Shown: one piece after another, positions 59,667 to 64,000 of the stretch
Numbering within the stretch: position 1 is the first letter of the stretch
Layout of the letters: the number at the start of each line of letters is the position of its first letter
Origin: an uncultured delta proteobacterium
Lineage (GTDB): Bacteria; Desulfobacterota; RBG-13-43-22
Direction: 5' to 3'
Length of the DNA: 64,000 nucleotides
Assembly: GCA_963711835.1 (NCBI GenBank)
Contig: CAVQFQ010000004.1
Location: 192,001-256,000, forward strand
Translations under genes and position numbers: made by a program
Notes under the pieces: model-generated
Database searches by the model: none
Seen by the model: only the letters and a program-made list of their open reading frames with translations
Told to the model about the DNA's origin: nothing

Positions 59667-60319
59667 GACACCTGTCCTGTAAAGAAATAAGATCAAAGGC
59701 AACCGATTTTTGCCAGGATCTCCTGACTTCAGAAGAAGCGGATCGGATCAGGGTCCATTTAGAGGGTTGCCCTTCCTGCCGCAAGGGATACCGGGACACT
59801 GAAGATACCCTGGCCCGCTTGCTGCAGGACCGGCTTAAGGACCCCGGGCCGGACCACTGGGACGGCCTCCAGGCGGCGATTATGCACCGCATTGCCCAAA
59901 ACCGCCCTGCCCCATCGGAAGCTCCCTGGTATAAAAAGGTCTGGGAAATTCCGTTTCAATGGCCCGGCTCTGCTTGGGCTACGGCTCTGATCCTGCTGGC
60001 CATAACCCCTGTTTTATTTTATGCCGTCTATCCCGGGTCTGACCGCCTCACCCCCGGCCGGGAAGCCGTCCTGAACGAATTAAGACCTGACGGCGGTCCG
60101 GAATCACTAACAACCGAGGTCCAGGTCCTTACGGCCCAGGAATCGGCCCGATTGGACAAACGGCTGGTTGCCCGGTTAGCCCGGGAATGGATGGGCCAGG
60201 CCGCTCCAAGACGGGAAGAGGACTGGTCCTGGGATGAGGCCGGCTCCCTGGAACAGCTCAACCAGAACGAATTGGAGGCCGTTGCCAAAAAACTTGCAAT
60301 CCCCAAACTAACCGGATAA
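59663..60319 (+). CDS. Zinc-binding anti-sigma factor (zf-HC2) with TM helix
   Basis: HLEGCPSC ZAS motif; ATGA overlap with the sigma gene; one TM segment. Confidence 0.85.
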   Translation: MRHLSCKEIRSKATDFCQDLLTSEEADRIRVHLEGCPSCRKGYRDTEDTLARLLQDRLKDPGPDHWDGLQAAIMHRIAQNRPAPSEAPWYKKVWEIPFQWPGSAWATALILLAITPVLFYAVYPGSDRLTPGREAVLNELRPDGGPESLTTEVQVLTAQESARLDKRLVARLAREWMGQAAPRREEDWSWDEAGSLEQLNQNELEAVAKKLAIPKLTG

Positions 60320-60335
60320 GAGGAGGAATTCACTG

Positions 60336-60860
60336 ATGGTCTTGAAAAAAATTGCCTGGATCCTTTTTCTGGCCTTCTTCCTGACGGGTTCCGTTGCCTG
60401 GGCCCAATCCTTTCGAGATTCCAAAGACCCCCGGGAAAAAACCAGGGACCGGATCCAAATGATCAAGATGTGGAAACTGACCGATACCCTTAAGCTGGAC
60501 CAGGAAGGGACCGCCCGGTTTTTTGCGGTCAACAGCCAGTACGAAGAGAATAAGAAAAGACTCCGAAGGGATCTCCATGAGGAGCTGGAAAGGCTGCGGC
60601 ACCTAATGCGGGATATGGCGCCCCAGGAGCGCGAATTACGGGAAACCATTTCCCGGGTGAAAAACAGAAAAAGGGAGTTGGATGCCTTAGCCCAGAGGCA
60701 GATGGATGACGAAATGAACCTCTTGAGGCTGGACCAACAAGGCCGCTATATCTTGTTTCAGATCGACTTTCACCGGGAAATGGACGACCTGATCCGGGAA
60801 GTCCGGGAAGAAAAATTTCCCCGACCCGGCTTTGAAAAGGCCCCGGAGAGGATCAGGTAG
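60336..60860 (+). CDS. Periplasmic helical protein, Spy/CpxP-like
   Basis: Signal peptide, LKLDQE...L.LDQQGRY pattern, charged helices; typical third gene of ECF loci. Confidence 0.65.
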   Translation: MVLKKIAWILFLAFFLTGSVAWAQSFRDSKDPREKTRDRIQMIKMWKLTDTLKLDQEGTARFFAVNSQYEENKKRLRRDLHEELERLRHLMRDMAPQERELRETISRVKNRKRELDALAQRQMDDEMNLLRLDQQGRYILFQIDFHREMDDLIREVREEKFPRPGFEKAPERIR

Positions 60861-60864
60861 TCTA

Positions 60865-61608
60865 ATGAAACTCGGAGGTAAAGTGGCTATCGTCACCGGC
60901 GCCGGTCAGGGAATCGGAAGAGCCATTGCCCTTTTGTTCTCCCAGGAGGGTGCCAGGCTGGCCTTAGTGGAGCGCAACCAGGAGACCGGACTGGAAACCT
61001 TGAAAGCCCTGGAAGGTAAAGGTGCTGAAGGGGTTCTTGTCCAGGCCGACATCACCCAGCTTGCGGATATCAAAAAAACCGTTAAAAAAACCCGGCATCA
61101 ATGGGGAAAAATCGATATCCTGGTCAACAACGCCGGCTTCGACCGCCCGGCTGGTATTTTTAAGATCCAGGAAGCCGACTGGGACGCAGTTCATGGGGTT
61201 CACCTGCGGGCCGCCATGCTTCTAATGCGGGAGGTGTTGCCTTTTATGAAAGGACATAAATACGGGCGGATCGTCAATATCTCTTCCATTTACGGAAAAA
61301 CCGGAGGTAAAGGCGAAATTGCCTACGCTGCCGCCAAAGCCGGACTCATAGGGCTGACCAAAAGCGTGGCCAAGGAAGTAGGCCGCTTTGGCGTCTGTGT
61401 AAATGCCGTCCTTCCGGGCCTGACCGATACGCCGGCCATCCAAACCATGATGGCGGAGAAATACAAAGAGGAAATCCTTTCCCAAACCCCCTTGGGCCGA
61501 ATGGCCCGCCCTGATGAAATTGCCCAAGCCGTCCTCTTTCTCGCCTCCGATGAAGCCAGTTATATCACCGGCACCGGACTGGAAGTCTCAGGCGGCTGGG
61601 AGATGTAA
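60865..61608 (+). CDS. SDR oxidoreductase (FabG/acetoacetyl-CoA reductase-like)
   Basis: TGAGQGIG, NNAG, NISS, YAAAK. Confidence 0.92.
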   Translation: MKLGGKVAIVTGAGQGIGRAIALLFSQEGARLALVERNQETGLETLKALEGKGAEGVLVQADITQLADIKKTVKKTRHQWGKIDILVNNAGFDRPAGIFKIQEADWDAVHGVHLRAAMLLMREVLPFMKGHKYGRIVNISSIYGKTGGKGEIAYAAAKAGLIGLTKSVAKEVGRFGVCVNAVLPGLTDTPAIQTMMAEKYKEEILSQTPLGRMARPDEIAQAVLFLASDEASYITGTGLEVSGGWEM

Positions 61609-61707
61609 AGACGGGCCCTCGTTTTCAGCGGATATTTAAAACCGCCGCAGCCAATTTCTGCTTTGCCGAGGAACCTCCAAATTTTCCCGCTTGCCTTAAA
61701 AAATTAC

Positions 61708-61736
61708 TTGACTCCTACACGGTAGGACCTTAAGCT
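61708..61736 (+). promoter_or_regulatory. sigma70 promoter with palindrome in the spacer
   Basis: TTGACT, 17 bp, TAAGCT; TCCTAC-ACG-GTAGGA at 61713-61727. Confidence 0.55.
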
Positions 61737-61814
61737 AATCCCTCTTAGCCCTGCCTAAAGAATTAACCCAATAAATCCCAATGGTTTTAACCTGGGAAAT
61801 AATAAGGAGGCATC

Positions 61815-63089
61815 ATGAAGGTCTTCCATCGTTTTGTTCTTGTTTTGGGTGTGTTGCTTTGTTTTTGGTCTTTGTTAACTTTTTCAGCCCAGTCTGCAGA
61901 CCCGATTATTATCGGTGTGCCCACCTCCCTCGGCTTTCTGGAAGGGACCGAAAGCTATAACAGCGCCCTTCTGGCTGTGGAGGAGATCAACGCCAAGGGG
62001 GGAGTGAACATCAAGGGCGAGAAACAGTTGCTCAAACTGGAGTCCATCGACATCCGCGACGCCGCCCCGGGTGTGCCGGTTCCGGAGGCCCTGCTGGGCA
62101 TTGAAAAAATCATCCTGGAAAAAAAGGTCAAGGCCATTGTGGTCGGGCCCTTCCGCTCCGAGGCCCTCCTGGCCGGTATGGACCTGATCGCCAAATACAA
62201 GGTCCCCATGCTGGCCACCATCGCCATGGCCGGAGATTACAGCAAGAAGATCCTGGAAAATCCTGATAAATATAAATACTGTTTTCGGGTCTGCCTCGAC
62301 GGCGGCTACCTGGTTGGCTATTTGAAAGGCCTGATGGAGTTTATCAACAAGGATTTTGGTTATAATAAAATTTTCATCATGCACCAGGACGTGGCCTGGG
62401 CCCGGGGTACCGGCAATGCCTTGGCCGGGATACTTAAAGGTGCCGGCTGGACCGTCCTGGGGCAGGAGGCCTACCCCACCGGGGCCAGCGACTTTTCTGC
62501 CGGCCTGATGAAGGTCCGAAGCGGGGGCGCCCAGGTGATCCTGCCTATTTTTGACATGCCCCAGAGCGGCATACTGGTCAAACAATGGAACACCATGAAA
62601 GTCCCGGCCCTGATGGCCGGTTTCATATCCCCGCTGGCCGGTCCAGGCGCCTGGAAAAATTTCGATCAAAAGATCGACGGGGCCATGAACGCCATCTTTG
62701 AGATCGGCAACATTCCGGTAAAAAAAGTGCCCAAATCCGTGGCTTATTATGAAGGCTACAAGAAAAGGTTCAATAAGGAAGTGGAATCCGGTCATGGACC
62801 GTCTGCTGCCTATGAATCGGTTTACATCCTGGCCGAAGCCATTGAAAGGGCCGGGACAGTTGACCCGGAAGCCCTGGCCGCGGCCATTGAAAAAACCGAC
62901 CGTCTGGGCGCCATCGGCCGGATCAAATTCGGGAAAAACCACCAGGTCATCTTTGGCAACGACCCCAGGGAAACCGCCATGGGTTGTGTTTTACAGTGGT
63001 CCAAGACCGGCACCCGGGAGATCGTTTATCCTGAAAGTCTGGCCGAAGCCAAGATCCATCTGCCGGAAGGCCTGAAACCGGCCAAGTAA
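61815..63089 (+). CDS. Liv-type ABC transporter substrate-binding protein
   Basis: Signal peptide, AVEEINAKGG, GPFRSE, AYESVYILAEAIERAG. Confidence 0.9.
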   Translation: MKVFHRFVLVLGVLLCFWSLLTFSAQSADPIIIGVPTSLGFLEGTESYNSALLAVEEINAKGGVNIKGEKQLLKLESIDIRDAAPGVPVPEALLGIEKIILEKKVKAIVVGPFRSEALLAGMDLIAKYKVPMLATIAMAGDYSKKILENPDKYKYCFRVCLDGGYLVGYLKGLMEFINKDFGYNKIFIMHQDVAWARGTGNALAGILKGAGWTVLGQEAYPTGASDFSAGLMKVRSGGAQVILPIFDMPQSGILVKQWNTMKVPALMAGFISPLAGPGAWKNFDQKIDGAMNAIFEIGNIPVKKVPKSVAYYEGYKKRFNKEVESGHGPSAAYESVYILAEAIERAGTVDPEALAAAIEKTDRLGAIGRIKFGKNHQVIFGNDPRETAMGCVLQWSKTGTREIVYPESLAEAKIHLPEGLKPAK

Positions 63090-63095
63090 CTTCCG

Positions 63096-63220
63096 TAAGG
63101 CGCAAGGCGCGAGGGGTAAACGTTTTGCTCTTCATCTTTACACCCTCCGCCTTAAGCCTTTCTGCTTCTCAAAAATTTTTTAGGGTTTTTCGCCTAACGC
63201 CTAACGTCTCGCGCCTAACG
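63096..63220. repeat. Inverted heptamer arrays (AGGCGCA/CGCCTAA)
   Basis: TAAGGCGCAAGGCGCGAGG ... CGCCTAACGCCTAACGTCTCGCGCCTAAC; same family as 9015-9049. Confidence 0.7.
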
Positions 63221-63228
63221 GTTTTGAA

Positions 63229-64000
63229 ATGCTTCTCGGCACCCTGATCTACGGCTTTATCAACAGCGTTATTTTAGCCCTGGTGGCCCTGGGGTTCAAT
63301 TTGACCTTCGGCATCAGCGGAGTGGCGAATTTCGCCTACGGGGCCTTTTACATTTTTGCCGGCTACGGGGCCTGGATCCTTTTAAACACCCTGAAGCTTC
63401 CCTATGGCCTGGCCATCCTGGGAGCGCTTATCCTGACCATGGTCCTCGGGGCCCTCATGTACCGGGTGGTCCTGCTCCGCATCCGGGGCCTGGTCATCTC
63501 CGAGGTTATTGCCACCTTCGGGATCGGGCTGGCCATCCTGGAGACCTTCCGCTACCTCGGTTTCATCGGTTTTGAATACAACCTTCCGGTTTTTATCGAC
63601 GGCAGCCTGGAAATCGGAGGCGTCTTTGTGGATTATCAACGGCTCTTCATTGTCGGCCTGGGCTGCGCCATCGCCCTGTTTCTCTGGCTCTTTACCCATT
63701 ACACTAAAATCGGGCTGGCTTTCCGGGGCATTGCTCAGGAGGAACGCACCGCCCTTTCCTTGGGCATCAACTCCGATTGGGTGGCCACCCTGAGCGTGGC
63801 CTTTGGTGCCGGGTTGTCCGCTTTGGCGGCGATCCTGATCCTGCCCCTGGGGACCATTTCCGTTGAAGGGGGCTATGATATCCTGATCAATGCCCTGGCG
63901 GTCTGCATCGTGGGCGGACTGGGCAGCACAATCGGTGTCGTTGTGGCCAGCTTCCTGATCGGCTACGCCCAGATGATCACCTCCACCTACCTGGAGCCGC
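63229..64000 (+). CDS. Liv-type ABC permease (LivH-like), truncated by the window end
   Basis: MLLGTLIYG...ALVALGFNLTFGISGVANFAYG; open frame to the end. Confidence 0.88.
   Translation, partial: MLLGTLIYGFINSVILALVALGFNLTFGISGVANFAYGAFYIFAGYGAWILLNTLKLPYGLAILGALILTMVLGALMYRVVLLRIRGLVISEVIATFGIGLAILETFRYLGFIGFEYNLPVFIDGSLEIGGVFVDYQRLFIVGLGCAIALFLWLFTHYTKIGLAFRGIAQEERTALSLGINSDWVATLSVAFGAGLSALAAILILPLGTISVEGGYDILINALAVCIVGGLGSTIGVVVASFLIGYAQMITSTYLEP

Overview
A moderately GC-rich bacterial chromosomal segment. Gene content and order point to a deltaproteobacterium (Desulfobacterota-like); this assignment is an inference. Most of it is housekeeping and transport: a VapBC-type TA pair, an Opp/Dpp peptide ABC operon ending in an MltB-like transglycosylase, trmJ, mutM, mdh, glpK, a Pif1-WYL helicase, a LarA-family protein, NfeD/SPFH, UDG, coaBC, tRNA-Cys and tRNA-Gly, and a long xerC-hslVU-argBDFGH-lysA-dapFB-dapL-folK-fsa-slt-pgsA run. 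It also holds a second EF-G, mog, rpoH-TPR-LolB-like genes, a Liv-type ABC cluster with two acyl-CoA ligases, an ECF sigma/anti-sigma locus and a second Liv operon cut by the window end. I saw no transposase, CRISPR array, rRNA or prophage. The most unusual signal is non-coding: three dispersed copies (about 9.9, 38.3 and 58.7 kb) of an element with 33-bp inverted repeats. The two arms co-vary within each copy, and in one copy the internal cassette is flipped relative to conserved asymmetric flanks. The window also has a 106-bp MITE with an 8-bp target duplication, nested palindromes and 7/8/9-mer micro-arrays at gene junctions. Four single-base frameshifts (folK, argG, argD, LolB-like) are most likely assembly indels.
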